Source: Nitrosopumilaceae archaeon (GTDB lineage Archaea > Thermoproteota > Nitrososphaeria > Nitrososphaerales > Nitrosopumilaceae). From it: a stretch of 64,000 nucleotides of DNA. Under the pieces are notes generated by a model, which was not told the DNA's origin, made no database searches, and saw only the letters and a list, made by a program, of their open reading frames with translations. Where the stretch lies: positions 448,001 to 512,000 of the forward strand of contig CBDATR010000010.1 in assembly GCA_965200155.1 (NCBI GenBank). The letters are read 5' to 3'. Below are positions 20,989 through 32,636 of the stretch, in pieces. Position numbers and translations under genes: made by a program. How positions within the stretch are numbered: position 1 is the stretch's first letter; every line of letters begins with the position of its first letter.

Positions 20989-22044
20989 ATGATAACAGAA
21001 AAAGTGACGCAGTTAATCCGTGACGGAATTGGGAAACGCGCCAGACTTGAGCACATTCTACGCCAAATACAGAAGGGCGAGAATCTGCGCCGGTGGGACA
21101 AGGATTATCTAGATATGCTGGAAAATATCAATATTGTATTACCGCATAACAAGGACCTGTTAAAGATTATTCTTGATTGTGGCATAGGTGATCCTGGGCG
21201 TATACGATACATGCAGAGGAGAGTAGGGGATGGAAAGGATCTCCACAAGCCGGATGCAGAGTATCTTGTCTCCCTATATCACAGAGTGGTGCAGGACGGG
21301 TATGATGAGCCAGCCCAGGAGTCAGAGACCGAAGAGTCCCAGGGCGACATGAACGCGTCCGGCAGCGTTGCCAATGATGCGCCACACCAGACTATAGTGC
21401 ATCTGGACGCGCTGAAGAGTCACCTATACTCAATCCTAGACAGACATAGAAACGATGAGAAGAACCAGTTAGCAGACATAATGGAATTGTTGGAAAAAGT
21501 GCAACAAAGTGTGGACTCCATGAAAGCTGGACAGCAAGAGCTGGAACAGTATAGATTACGCCTTAGTGAGATACAGGAAAAGCAAGAAGAGATAACCCGT
21601 AACATATCTGATGAGAGAATGCAGATACACGCACTCATCGAGGATCAGCGGGAGAATATGGAAAAACAGTTACAGTTGACAGGAGAAATTCGCAATGAAT
21701 GGGCGCATCTGGAACAAAAATCATCCCAGTTGGCAGAAGTCGTGGAATCCATGGATGCGCAAAAGGAGAAGTTGACCAACGCACGCAGCGTGTATAGAAC
21801 TCTGGTACTAGAAGAAAAGAAGCTTGTCAAGTATCGCAAGAGTATGGAAAAAGAGAATATGGATATGGAGAAGGCACGGGAAAAGATACAGAAGAAGATA
21901 GAGAACGAGAAAGAGAAGATAGAGAGTCAGCTCGCACTAAAGAGAAAGATGTCCCAGGAGATTGAGCAGTTAAATGAAACAAAGAAGAGAAGAACCGAAC
22001 TTGAAAAGGAAACCAAGTCCATGCGAAAGACTGCCGATACGTAG
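20989..22044 (+). CDS. Coiled-coil protein with two N-terminal GxG..R repeats
   Basis: Long E/K/Q-rich heptad C-terminus. Confidence 0.75.
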   Translation: MITEKVTQLIRDGIGKRARLEHILRQIQKGENLRRWDKDYLDMLENINIVLPHNKDLLKIILDCGIGDPGRIRYMQRRVGDGKDLHKPDAEYLVSLYHRVVQDGYDEPAQESETEESQGDMNASGSVANDAPHQTIVHLDALKSHLYSILDRHRNDEKNQLADIMELLEKVQQSVDSMKAGQQELEQYRLRLSEIQEKQEEITRNISDERMQIHALIEDQRENMEKQLQLTGEIRNEWAHLEQKSSQLAEVVESMDAQKEKLTNARSVYRTLVLEEKKLVKYRKSMEKENMDMEKAREKIQKKIENEKEKIESQLALKRKMSQEIEQLNETKKRRTELEKETKSMRKTADT

Positions 22045-22659
22045 TTACAGTTTTACGCTTAGTTCTTCGCCATTTCCCACTGGTACTAGAACAGAGCGGA
22101 CCAATGGGTGGTTACGCGCGTACTGTGCAAACTCATCCATCATGTGGGAGAATTTGGGCGGATGTGTCATGTTGTCGGTAGCCACCAAACCCCCGGTTCT
22201 CACCATAGGAAGTACCGTGTCAAAATAGTGCCGTATATTCTCCTTATCAGCGTCAATAAGAACAAAGTCAAAATGCGAGCCGTATATGTTGGATAGTTCC
22301 ATGTCATGGAGTATATTCTTGGCAACACCGCGCCTCACCTGGATCACATCATCAACCCCCGCATCCCGAAAATTACGCATAGCCCGCTCTATCTTTTTTT
22401 CATCCATCTCTATGGTGATGACCATTCCGGATGTACCGCGCACCGCTTCTGCCATCAAGATTGTTGAAAAGCCGGTAGACATGCCTATCTCAAGTATATT
22501 CTTGGCCCCCATGGCCCGCAGTAGTATGTTAAAGAATACGCCGGTGTCATAAGTAATGGCAGACATTAGCTGGCCCGGTGGAATGATAATATCCCGGGCA
22601 TTTTCCCGCATAGATGCAGTATTGAGCCGTTCAATGACACGGGCTATTCTTTCGTCCAC
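22045..22659 (-). CDS. SAM-dependent O-methyltransferase (COMT/CCoAOMT family)
   Basis: ILEIGMSTGFST, FDFVLIDADK and GGLVATDN motifs. Confidence 0.9.
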   Translation of the reverse strand: MDERIARVIERLNTASMRENARDIIIPPGQLMSAITYDTGVFFNILLRAMGAKNILEIGMSTGFSTILMAEAVRGTSGMVITIEMDEKKIERAMRNFRDAGVDDVIQVRRGVAKNILHDMELSNIYGSHFDFVLIDADKENIRHYFDTVLPMVRTGGLVATDNMTHPPKFSHMMDEFAQYARNHPLVRSVLVPVGNGEELSVKL

Positions 22660-22972
22660 AAATGAGGTCAGATAACAGTCATAATTAGAAGTTATGAAGT
22701 ATGAGTTCAGGTGTTTTGATCATATGATAATATAGAAACAGCGTTTTTAGCTTGGTAGGAGATATCCAAGTTTTTTAGTTAGATGTTATCGTAATTATTC
22801 TGGAGCAATGGTGAGTTAAACTATAACTGCGTTCTAGGGGCAATCTCTGCCATTACCGAGAGTTTCTGGGCCCTCCATGTCTGGATGCATGATACTAATA
22901 TAGACATACGGCGCATGGCTTTTTCACCACCCTTTATGTGGCCGCTAATCTTGCGGAATATGGCAGGATATC

Positions 22973-23064
22973 GTATGAGTTCACCTGTGTCTAAATTTAC
23001 GCACAACTGATCGCGACAGTTAATGTGATTTGTGCACAAGATTCCGGAAGACGTGAACTCATAC
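22973..23064 (-). mobile_element. MITE-1
   Basis: Inside IS66; TSD imperfect. Confidence 0.9.
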
Positions 23065-23236
23065 TATCGTAATGCCCGCTCTGCGGGATTGTTTGTGGGT
23101 TCCACATAATCATATTCCAGGAATACGAACATGCCCGGGATGGCACGTTTTAATCCCCTTACCGTCTTTTACAGATCAGTGTCATTGATGTTTGTGTACT
23201 GGCATAGTGTGGATTTTGCCATGGACTTAAACGAGT

Positions 23237-23328
23237 GTATGAGTTCACCTGTGTCTAAATTTACGCATAACTGATCGCGACAGTTAATGTGATTTGTGCA
23301 TAAGATTCCGGAAGGCGTGAACTCATAC
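23237..23328 (-). mobile_element. MITE-1
   Basis: TSD AAACGAGT. Confidence 0.95.
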
Positions 23329-24859
23329 AAACGAGTGACGTAATTGCGCGGACGGCCCGTCACGTTCCAGTGATTCCTGTGCATTCCGGAATAGCCTCTT
23401 CATGTTATTATCAAGCTTGATTCGGGCATCCCGGTTGCCGGGGATCGATATAGAATCCTGCTGCGTGCAACCCTCGGGTATCGCGCAACAAGTGAGCCCA
23501 GCATAATTGATGCTTGTTACCATCGTCAAACCGGCGGTACACGACGTACCTGTCAGATATGACTACCCCTGGTAGCCATCCAGATACTAGTCTACTACGC
23601 CGGAACTCCTGCTTCTGTCATATGTGAGCATCATCTGCTGCCCGGAAAGCATTTGCCATGCCCACCCACGCCTGCCCGCCAGCGATATTCCGGTCTCGTC
23701 TACGTGGACGCTGGGTGATTTCATTATGTTCTGATGAATTATTTCCATGAATGGCTCACAGGCATCGGTTACCCTGGCAATTATGTTATTTACTGATCCC
23801 ACCGATACATGCAGGCCCAGAATCTCCTTTATGGTGGCTGGTATGTTTTTGATGGTCATTCTTCCCGCGCGTAAAGTGGCGATAATATAGTTTATTCTAG
23901 TATCAAAATCACCACTCTTTGGCACCCCCTCTGCCGGGGCCATCTGTTCTTTACTGCAGTCGCATTTGGCTATCTCTATTTCGTGAAGAATATCCTCAGT
24001 CCTGGCCGGTATTAAATGCGTCACGTATCGCGATTTTGTACCAATCACTGTCATACCGCAGTCGCATACCAGGTTATGGCCCTCATATGTGATGCGTGAT
24101 TATATCGGGGTTACATTTACTGGAGACGCCCTTGTGTCCCGCCTGACTGCCAGCCTTTCTTGTGGATCCAGTACTTGTCTGCTCCCCTTCTGCCCTTCCT
24201 CCGCTCTTCCTCTTGTCTGCCCTGTACTGGAGTGATGGCGGGGAGTTGGCATTCTCATAATATTTGAGCCGGGCCGCGGCTACCGCAGCTTTGCTGTGTT
24301 TTTCTTCTAATTCCTCTTCTAATTTAGCCACATATTGACGAATATATCCAAAATTCTGTATGGTTTTTTTCAGTTCTTCTATAATATTTGCCATATCATC
24401 TTACAATACCTTCACGCGTTTCATTGCATCTGCAAGATCCCTCTTGGTGGACGCAAGGGTGTCCCGAAGCAGCCGGTTTTCCTGCTACCATTTATTATGT
24501 GTTGTGTGTCTACTCGTTAGATTCTATTTCAAACTAGGTGAAGCGCAATATTGTCGTACCAAGTCAATTACAATCTTATCATATGATCAAAACACGTGAA
24601 CTCATACGTTATGAAAGCTGTCTCTAAGCAGCGATGACAAGAACGGCTTGGTGACAACAATATAACCAACGTTGAAAAATATATGCCATATGATGATACT
24701 GCGCAACAAGGTTGCCGAGCTCGTGGACTAACACACGAGGCTGATCAAAAACATTGAGGAATAAAATAGGAAACAGTCAGGTACAGCATTGCCGGATCAT
24801 GGAGTTAGAGCCAGAATACAATAAGTATTGATTGACATTAAGTTGATAAAGATTTTGAG

Positions 24860-25115
24860 TTCCTACTGTCTATCGGGAGCTCGCCTAGCATAAAAGTCGA
24901 AAAACATTGAAAGGGAGTTCTTCGGTCGATTCCAGAAATCCATGGAACCTACCAGTACACAAGACTTCCCAAGTATGCGCGGAATGCGTGTTCGTCTCTC
25001 TTGAGAATACAGGTGAAATGAAAACAAGAGTGGCGCCATACATGTCAAACGCACCAAAGGCCAAGGATATAACAAACGAGTGCAAGTGTGGTAATGTGAC
25101 ACCGTCATCGGCGGT
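24860..25115 (+). pseudogene. Possible TnpB (IS605 OrfB) remnant
   Basis: HKTSQVCAEC resembles the TSQxCxxC zinc-finger motif. Confidence 0.3.
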
Positions 25116-26086
25116 TGTAATGTATGAAAAGTCGGTCCGCTAGTCATTGGCATCCTGCTCCATCCATTTTGCATCATTTGCCCTAATTGTCTGGGTCGCC
25201 TTTTTATTCCTGGAGTGGTGTTTCGCCGTTATCTATCCAGTGAGAAGTGCAACCTTCTCTCATTGTAGTAGTCCACATAATCCCGGAGACTGTCATAATG
25301 CCATATCTCATTGGACTCTTAAATAAGAGTCCCCTCGTCCTCAATCGTTCTGTAGAAGCGCTCCAGTTTGACATTTGTCTGCGGGTGGTATGGCCTGGAA
25401 TTGATTAGTATGATGTATTGATCCAGCAGTTCTTCCTAGAATAGTGGGTTTCCAGTTCTTTTTGCCCTTTTATTGTCCTACGAAACACGCGCCGTTATCC
25501 GAGATGCAGGGGCGCCGAATCTCTTTATCGCCAGTCTCAGTAATAGAACGGCGTTCTCTGAGGTTGCATGCTCAAATAGTGCCGCTCCGACTATACACCT
25601 GGATGCATCATCTATGAGATTCAGTCCCCCTGAAGCGCTCATCTTTCATGACATGCCAATGCCACATTGCATTGGAATATTTACGCTCATAGCGTACCCA
25701 CTCTGACTTTGCAGGTGATGAGACTGTCGTGCCGTTCTTTTTCATTATGTGATATACTGCGCGATATGTATTCTGTCTAAGCCTCTTTGCAATACGTACT
25801 ACTCCGGCGGGATCCTTGCTGTATGCTTCAGTTACCATTCGTATCTGGGTGGCGGTGATTGGTATCATGGGCCTGCCCATCTTTACTCGAGTCGTTCTCG
25901 TTCTCTGGTTCACAATCTTCGTACGTGTATTGAACTGATGTGTAGGTCTTGAGCTATTTTGGTGGCGGCAACGCCTCTTGCGCTGTCTTACTATTGATTT
26001 CTCTGTTATTCTCTTTACCATCTGGCTTGTGTAATCTGAACTACTGTACGCCGGATCCTAAGCGGACTTACTTTTCGTACTATTGA
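25116..26086 (-). mobile_element. IS481-family element, decayed
   Basis: TGT-started imperfect TIR; WVRYERKYSNAMWH, DDASR and YHPQTNxKLERF fragments; 12-bp flanking repeat GTCATCGGCGGT. Confidence 0.85.
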
Positions 26087-26195
26087 ATGTCATCGGCGGT
26101 AAAGAGATAGACACGGTGTGCCCTGTATCGCATTCCGGGTAGGTCAACCATGTAACACTCCACACAATGGAGAGACTAAATTCTGCTGTTTCATT

Positions 26196-26287
26196 GTATG
26201 AGTTCACGTCTTCCGGAATCTTGTGCACAAATCACATTAACTGTCGCGATCAGTTGTACGTAAATTTAGACACAGGTGAACTCATAC
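26196..26287 (+). mobile_element. MITE-1
   Basis: TSD GTTTCATT. Confidence 0.95.
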
Positions 26288-26419
26288 GTTTCATTTGCGA
26301 AACAGTGCTTGCGTGAACCACTCCTTACAGGTTTGCTTGTCTATTTTTGGGCCATGAAAACACGCCTCAATTCGGAGCGACCCATGTCAGGCGAATTCAT
26401 GAGCATAAAGAATGCAGCA

Positions 26420-26824
26420 CTACTCACGTGATGGATGGGAGCAGAGCTCTGAGAGTACGCCGTGCAATGACTTGGGATGTATGAACGTGACTTGCGTTCC
26501 CTCGGATCCGTCACGCACATCTCCCAAGAATCTCAATCCGCAGGATTTCATGCGATCAACCTCACCGTGTATGTCATCAGTCCCCAAAGCAATATGGTGC
26601 AAGCCCGGACCCTTCTTTTCCAGGAATTTCTTGATTGGACTGTTCTCACCAATGGGCTCCATAAGCTCGATGCGACCGTTCTCCAAGGGTATGATACCCA
26701 CCGAGACGCCTTCTGACTCTACGCGCTCATACCTCACATCAGAGACGCCCAAGGCCTTGGAGTACGTTTCCATGGCTTCCTTTAGGTTTTCTACTGCAAT
26801 GGCCATATGGTCGATGCGCATCAA
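26420..26824 (-). CDS. mce: Methylmalonyl-CoA epimerase
   Basis: IDHMAIAV, IELMEP, GLHHIA and FIHPK motifs. Confidence 0.95.
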   Translation of the reverse strand: MMRIDHMAIAVENLKEAMETYSKALGVSDVRYERVESEGVSVGIIPLENGRIELMEPIGENSPIKKFLEKKGPGLHHIALGTDDIHGEVDRMKSCGLRFLGDVRDGSEGTQVTFIHPKSLHGVLSELCSHPSRE

Positions 26825-28365
26825 AAGACCTCCTGTGGCGAGTACGCCCCAAACACTTTCCGGAAGGTATTGCTTATTTCCCCTGTGGTGGCCTTGGCCC
26901 TGGCAGCATCTATTATGAATGGCATCAAATTCTTGTCGGTTTCCGCGGCAGACTCCAAGGCAGAGAGGGCAGACTCTGCCTGTGTGCCACGGGAGCCGCG
27001 CAATGACAGAAGGGCTTCCCTCTGCTGTATCTCTACACGGTCATCTATGCGTAGCAGACTGGGCTGCGTCTCCTGTGCATCCACATACTTGTTTACACCC
27101 ACCAGTATGCGCTGGTCCTGGTCTACCTCCTTCTTTAGACGGTACGCGTTCTGTCTTATCTCCGACTGGAAAAAACCGCGCTCAATGGCAGCAACTGATC
27201 CGCCCATATCCTGTATGCGCTTGAGATAGTCCCAGACACCCTCCTCTATCTTTGCACAGAGATCCTCCATGTAATGCGAACCGGCCAATGGATCCACAGT
27301 CTTGGTCATTCCGCTCTCATGGGCCACTATCTGTTGTGTCCTGAGGGCTATCTTGGCAGACTCCTCGGTGGGCAGTGCCAAAGCCTCGTCCCGAGAATTG
27401 GTGTGCAGTGATTGTGTACCACCGGCTACCGCAGCCATGGTCTGGATGGCCACCCGCACGATATTGTTGTCGGGCTGCTGGGCCGTCAGGGATTCGCCGC
27501 TGGTTTGTGTGTGGAACTTTAGCTGCATGGACTTGGGATTCTTGGCGCCAAACCACTCCTTGAGTATTTGCGCGTATATCTTGCGCGCCACCCGGAACTT
27601 GGCCACCTCTTCAAAGAACTCGATAGTGCAGCAGAAGAAGAATGACAGTCGTGGCGCAAACTGGTCTATCTCCAGACCGCGCTCAAGACATGTCTTGATG
27701 TATGCTATGGCATTGGCCAATGTGAATGCAACTTCCTGGGTAGCCGTACAACCGGCCTCCCGCATATGATAGCCGGATATGGATATAGGGTACCACCGGG
27801 GTACGTTCTGTGAGCAGTATTCTATCATGTCACCTATCAACCGCATGGACGGCTGGGGAGGATAGATGTAGGTATTTCGCGCGATATACTCCTTTAGGAT
27901 GTCGTTCTGTGTTGTACCCCGGAGTTGATCGCTTGTGAACCCCTGGGACTGACCCACAACCACATAATATGCCAGAAGTGTGGATGCAGTGGAGTTAATG
28001 GTCATGGACGTACTTACCTTGCCAAGAGGTATCCCGTCAAATGCGGTCATCATGTCCTGTACTGACGCAATGGAGACCCCAACCTTGCCCACCTCACCTT
28101 CCGCTGGGGCAGAGTCAGGATCGTGGCCTATCTGCGTTGGCAGATCAAATGCCATGGATAGGCCTGTCTGGCCCTTGTCCAGCATAAACTTGAATCGCTC
28201 ATTGGTCAGGCGAGCATCGCCAAATCCAGAGTACTGTCGCATAGTCCAGAACCGGTCCCTATACATGCCGCCGTGTATACCGCGAGTATAGGGATACTCT
28301 CCTGATTCCTGTTCCCCATATATCCGGTTCACCTCGAATCCCGAATCAGTGTATAATGATGCCAT
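26821..28365 (-). CDS. mcmA: Methylmalonyl-CoA mutase, large subunit
   Basis: PYTRGIH, WTMRQYSGFG, QNDILKEY and SGYHMREAG motifs. Confidence 0.95.
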   Translation of the reverse strand: MASLYTDSGFEVNRIYGEQESGEYPYTRGIHGGMYRDRFWTMRQYSGFGDARLTNERFKFMLDKGQTGLSMAFDLPTQIGHDPDSAPAEGEVGKVGVSIASVQDMMTAFDGIPLGKVSTSMTINSTASTLLAYYVVVGQSQGFTSDQLRGTTQNDILKEYIARNTYIYPPQPSMRLIGDMIEYCSQNVPRWYPISISGYHMREAGCTATQEVAFTLANAIAYIKTCLERGLEIDQFAPRLSFFFCCTIEFFEEVAKFRVARKIYAQILKEWFGAKNPKSMQLKFHTQTSGESLTAQQPDNNIVRVAIQTMAAVAGGTQSLHTNSRDEALALPTEESAKIALRTQQIVAHESGMTKTVDPLAGSHYMEDLCAKIEEGVWDYLKRIQDMGGSVAAIERGFFQSEIRQNAYRLKKEVDQDQRILVGVNKYVDAQETQPSLLRIDDRVEIQQREALLSLRGSRGTQAESALSALESAAETDKNLMPFIIDAARAKATTGEISNTFRKVFGAYSPQEVF

Positions 28366-28371
28366 CCCATA

Positions 28372-29319
28372 TCACCGTAGCAGGCGCCCCGCCATAATCT
28401 CTGCAGCTGTATAGGGATCCAGCTGACCGGACTTTACCGCGCCTACATCTGCCTGTAGTAGTCCGGACCACTCCATACCAAGTCGTAACTGAAACTTGGT
28501 TAAAATCATATCTCTAAGTTCTGACTCCAAGGCAATAGTCCGCCGCTGTTCCCTGTTGGCACTATTCTTCTCCAAGGTACTCCGTATTGCATCGTATAGT
28601 TCCTCTACACCAGTCTTCTCCTTTACCGAAGTTCGAAGTATTGTGGGATTGCGCCCGGAGTCACCTATGAAATCCCTAACCGCATCATACAAGGACGCTG
28701 ACGCCGGCAGGTCAGACTTGTTAACCACACAAATGTCCCCGATCTCGGTTATCCCCGCCTTTATGGTCTGAATGCTGTCACCCGTATGGGGGTTGAATAC
28801 AACCACCGTGGCATCGGATATGGCAGATATATCCACCTCGGTCTGGCCCGCCCCGACACTCTCCACGATTATAATGTCATATCCCGCATACTCCAGCACC
28901 CTTATGCTGTCACGCAGGGACGCGGACAGTGCTCCGGTTGCGCCACGGGATGCCAGGCTTCTTATGTAGACCCCGGAGTCGGTGGACTGGGTCATGCGTA
29001 CACGATCCCCCAATATGGCGCCGCCGGTGATATGACTGGAGGGGTCTATTGCAAGAACCGCTGCGTGTATATCTTTTTGCGACATTACTGTCGCGATACT
29101 GTCTATAAGCGAGCTCTTCCCGGCGCCTCCGGGACCGGTCACACCCACTATATCAGAGCCACCCGTATGTGGGAATATGGTACGCATCATGTCTGCGTAT
29201 TCGGGTGTGTGATTCTCCACTATGCTCAGCGCTCGCGCTATTGCCCTGCGTCTGCCGGCCTTGAGCTCTTTCATGTCTATGGGCATTTCATGCATCATTG
29301 TATTAACCACAATATACAT
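28372..29319 (-). CDS. meaB: MCM-associated GTPase MeaB/ArgK
   Basis: GPGGAGKSS, GGAILGDRVRM and ESVGAGQ motifs. Confidence 0.95.
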   Translation of the reverse strand: MYIVVNTMMHEMPIDMKELKAGRRRAIARALSIVENHTPEYADMMRTIFPHTGGSDIVGVTGPGGAGKSSLIDSIATVMSQKDIHAAVLAIDPSSHITGGAILGDRVRMTQSTDSGVYIRSLASRGATGALSASLRDSIRVLEYAGYDIIIVESVGAGQTEVDISAISDATVVVFNPHTGDSIQTIKAGITEIGDICVVNKSDLPASASLYDAVRDFIGDSGRNPTILRTSVKEKTGVEELYDAIRSTLEKNSANREQRRTIALESELRDMILTKFQLRLGMEWSGLLQADVGAVKSGQLDPYTAAEIMAGRLLR

Positions 29320-29708
29320 TATCTTACAAATATGACCGGGGCCACCCCTTGGCCCGCCTCACGAATTTCCGTTTTCATGCGTATCTGCCCCAGTGTCTCG
29401 TGCTGGATGTCCAGTATGATAGGATGCACACCCCACCCGTATTGTGGCGGAGCCGGTAAAATCACCGTGTCATAAAAGGAGTGACCGTCGTATGTACGCT
29501 GCAGGGTCTCGGCCATGCCCTGAATCTCCATGATCACATATTCAGTACGCTCTGACTGGTCAAAAAAATGTACGTGAACGACACCGTCCGCATAGGTAGC
29601 GTTTATGTGAAAGAACTCTGGATCCTGTGGCCGGGTAATATCAGATATGAGAAAATACAATCCCAAGGTTCCCGCAAGGGCCGCGACGCACAATATGGGG
29701 ATGATCAT
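29319..29708 (-). CDS. Membrane-anchored hypothetical protein
   Basis: N-terminal TM helix; translationally coupled to its neighbours. Confidence 0.7.
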   Translation of the reverse strand: MIIPILCVAALAGTLGLYFLISDITRPQDPEFFHINATYADGVVHVHFFDQSERTEYVIMEIQGMAETLQRTYDGHSFYDTVILPAPPQYGWGVHPIILDIQHETLGQIRMKTEIREAGQGVAPVIFVR

Positions 29709-32182
29709 GCCACATTATCTATATCACGTTGCGAGGCCCGGGCGCGGAACTTTTCATATATGGACACAAGCTCCTGTGTCTGTCGCAGAGTCCGCTTAGT
29801 ACCCGGTACCGGATGCTTCCTGAAGAAGTCACCGATTTGCATTCCCTGCTCCTGAGTCAGGGCAGGCGCCATGCCGTATATTATACGGGAGAATATGGGA
29901 TTTCCGTGGCCTATCTTGGCCTCCATTTTACCCCAATTCTGCTGTAACCATGGCCATAACATTCCATATCCGTTGGGGTTCGCTGCCACGCGTAACACGG
30001 GCAGTTGCATATCCTGGGAGCGTACAGCATCAGATAATGCAAAGTCCAGTGTCTTGCGCAGCATGGCCTTGCTGCTAAATCCGCACATTCCTGATAGTAT
30101 GCGCAACTTCTCCTCTATGGACTGGTTCTCCAGGAATAGCTTGACAAACATGTCATGCAGTTTGGTCCCGCCGGGTCCGGCGGCCACCGTAAAGACAGGC
30201 TCCCGCATGTCAGGATGTACCGATGATGGATGGTCATAGAATGAGTCGGTCATGCCACGGGAGCGCATATTGACCTCCTGGTCTCCCAGATAGCCCAGCG
30301 CCTTTACGGTTATACCGCGCAAGAACGCGTATGTATGTGGATCTCTCTCCAAGGGATGCCAGCCCAGCCGCTTTAAGATGCCGGAGAAGAGAGGCCTCGC
30401 CACCTCGGCGACACGGGCATTCCAGCCCCGGCCCCCCGTCATGTTCAGCAACAATACCATATTACGGGATACGTCCATTAATGGAAGGTAGTCGTGCTTG
30501 TGATTGTACTGGGAGACCAAATCCAGATAATCACCTATGTCCACCATACCAGCGACACAGAATGCAAATGCATCGTTTTGGACACCCCACGAGTCCTTGG
30601 AAGAGAGGCGGTGTCGACCAATTTGGGATTTTATCTCTGAGTATAATTCCCCCTTGTATAATACCCGGTAAAAACCCGTACGTTCCGGATTGGCAGTAAA
30701 ACTTCGGGCCGACTCCAGCGTCGCAACACGCTCATTCATGATATGAGTTCGTATCCGGCGACCGTTTCGAAACCTGACCGGTATGGGCCAAATCGACCGT
30801 CTAGACTCAGTACCGTCTGCACGAAATCTCTCCTGCTTTAGAACGACATCAGGACCGGAGCGCTCTGCCTTTATAATGGGAAAACCGGGGCGGGATAGCC
30901 AGTCTTCCACCATAGAGCGGACAGGCTTATTCTTTCCCTCCATGCATTCCCAGAGATCCCCGCCGGAAGCATTTTTGTAAGCGAACCGGCGCAGATAGCG
31001 ACGCAAGCCTGTGCGAAATGTTACCGGTCCCACAAAGTCCTCCAGCATACGCAGTACACAACCACCCTTGTCATAGGATATGGCATCGAATATTTCCTGT
31101 ACCTGGGAGGGCGATCTCACTTCCACATCTATGGGATGGGTCGAACGTAGTGAGTCCATAGTCATGGCGCCGTTTATCGAGTCGTCCACAAACTGGTCCC
31201 AAAGGTTCCACTCCGGATGGAATACGTCCAGAATTTTTGTGGCCATAAATGTTGCAAAGCTCTCGTTCAGCCAGAGATCATTCCACCATTGCATGGTAAC
31301 AAGATTGCCAAACCACTGGTGCGCCAGCTCATGGGATATAACCTCCGCGATGAGCTGCTTGGTGCGGGTGGAGGAGTTATTCTCGTCGTATAATAGCAGG
31401 CTCTCCCGGAATGTTATGGCGCCCCAGTTCTCCATGGCACCGGCTGCAAAGTCAGGTAATGCCACAAGATCCAGCTTGGGCAGGGGATATGGCTTTGCAA
31501 AGTATTTCTCAAATTCCGGAAGTAGTTTCTTGGTCACCCCCAAGGCATATCTCCCCTGATGAGACTTGCCCGGTACAGTAACTATACGTATGGACCCTCC
31601 ATCGCTCAGATATTCAAAGTTACCCACCCCCAGATATAACAGGTACGTTGACATTATGGGTGTCTTTTTGAATTTGTATACGGTGCGCCCCTTCTTTCTT
31701 GTCTCCCGCTGTACGGGCATATTGGATATGGCAGTCATATTACCGGGGGTGATTATGGTAACTCCAAAGGTAGCCTTGCAGTCAGGCCTATCCCAGCAGG
31801 GGAATGCGCGCCGGGCATCCGCGGGCTCAAATTGTGTGGTGGCCAGATACATTGTCTTGCCGTCAACTGTGTACCTGCTCCTGTAAAAACCCAGTAACCG
31901 GTCATTTAGTGTACCGGTATAGCCAATATCCACCACACAGTCACCGGACACCTCTTGGGGCAACCGTATGTGCAGAGTCTCGGCTTTACTGTTAGTCTCA
32001 GCCCGTAATGTTGTACCGGATGTTAATATGGTGCACGAGTCTACGACTAAATCCGCTGCATCCAAAGCCAGAACAGATATGGCATCAGGGCATCGTACCG
32101 ATATGCGCGCCCTACCCCGAAACGTAAAATCATCAAAGTTTGGCTCAAACTCCAGATCATAATGTATTGGGATGGCGCTCAT
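29705..32182 (-). CDS. pepN: M1-family aminopeptidase (PepN/ERAP-like)
   Basis: GAMENWG, HELAHQW...LNE and YDKG motifs; probable start MSAIP at 32182. Confidence 0.95.
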   Translation of the reverse strand: MSAIPIHYDLEFEPNFDDFTFRGRARISVRCPDAISVLALDAADLVVDSCTILTSGTTLRAETNSKAETLHIRLPQEVSGDCVVDIGYTGTLNDRLLGFYRSRYTVDGKTMYLATTQFEPADARRAFPCWDRPDCKATFGVTIITPGNMTAISNMPVQRETRKKGRTVYKFKKTPIMSTYLLYLGVGNFEYLSDGGSIRIVTVPGKSHQGRYALGVTKKLLPEFEKYFAKPYPLPKLDLVALPDFAAGAMENWGAITFRESLLLYDENNSSTRTKQLIAEVISHELAHQWFGNLVTMQWWNDLWLNESFATFMATKILDVFHPEWNLWDQFVDDSINGAMTMDSLRSTHPIDVEVRSPSQVQEIFDAISYDKGGCVLRMLEDFVGPVTFRTGLRRYLRRFAYKNASGGDLWECMEGKNKPVRSMVEDWLSRPGFPIIKAERSGPDVVLKQERFRADGTESRRSIWPIPVRFRNGRRIRTHIMNERVATLESARSFTANPERTGFYRVLYKGELYSEIKSQIGRHRLSSKDSWGVQNDAFAFCVAGMVDIGDYLDLVSQYNHKHDYLPLMDVSRNMVLLLNMTGGRGWNARVAEVARPLFSGILKRLGWHPLERDPHTYAFLRGITVKALGYLGDQEVNMRSRGMTDSFYDHPSSVHPDMREPVFTVAAGPGGTKLHDMFVKLFLENQSIEEKLRILSGMCGFSSKAMLRKTLDFALSDAVRSQDMQLPVLRVAANPNGYGMLWPWLQQNWGKMEAKIGHGNPIFSRIIYGMAPALTQEQGMQIGDFFRKHPVPGTKRTLRQTQELVSIYEKFRARASQRDIDNVA

Positions 32183-32258
32183 GATAACCGTGGAATACCG
32201 TCTCTTATGAACATTGATGAAGAATTGACGCAGGCGACCACCCCCGGGGCAGTATGCC

Positions 32259-32346
32259 ATATGAGTTCATGTCTTAATCTCGTGCTCAAATCATGCTAAT
32301 TGCCACTATCGGCCGTGTGTAAATCTAGACACAGGTGAACACATAT
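32259..32346 (+). mobile_element. Degenerate MITE-1 relative
   Basis: ATATGAGTTCA...TAGACACAGGTGAACACATAT. Confidence 0.65.
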
Positions 32347-32465
32347 GATTCGAGTTTGTGCGCTCAGACCTCACGCTGAACCTGACACGGATTTTGCCAT
32401 AAAAGCAGATACGGTGCGTACATGCGCCTCAGAGATCATGGGTTACTGAAACGGTTACCAAACAT

Positions 32466-32589
32466 GTAACCGTTTAGATCGCGTAAAAATCAGACACCTA
32501 TGATAAACCCATGGGCATATGTAAGATAGAAAAGGCATGAATTGATATGTTCGCGGTGTATTTTGCTCAGGGGTGATCTAAACGGTTAT
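32466..32589. mobile_element. MITE-2 (124 bp)
   Basis: TIR GTAACCGTTTAGATC; TSD CCAAACAT. Confidence 0.85.
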
Positions 32590-32636
32590 CCAAACATTAT
32601 AGACAAACTTAAAATGCTCAATGCCATAGCCGGAGC

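Larger units (their letters stand above)
22699..24607 (-). mobile_element. IS66 element (second subfamily), transposase pseudogenised
   Basis: Both TIRs; TSD GTTATGAA; frameshifted HVDETG-containing fragments; two MITEs inside. Confidence 0.9.

Noticed and set aside
28248-28258. GAACCGG-like words inside intact genes (mcmA, pepN, FN3 near 37600, IS903 near 41221)
   Set aside because: They fit the conserved protein sequence in frame, so they were not counted as scars.
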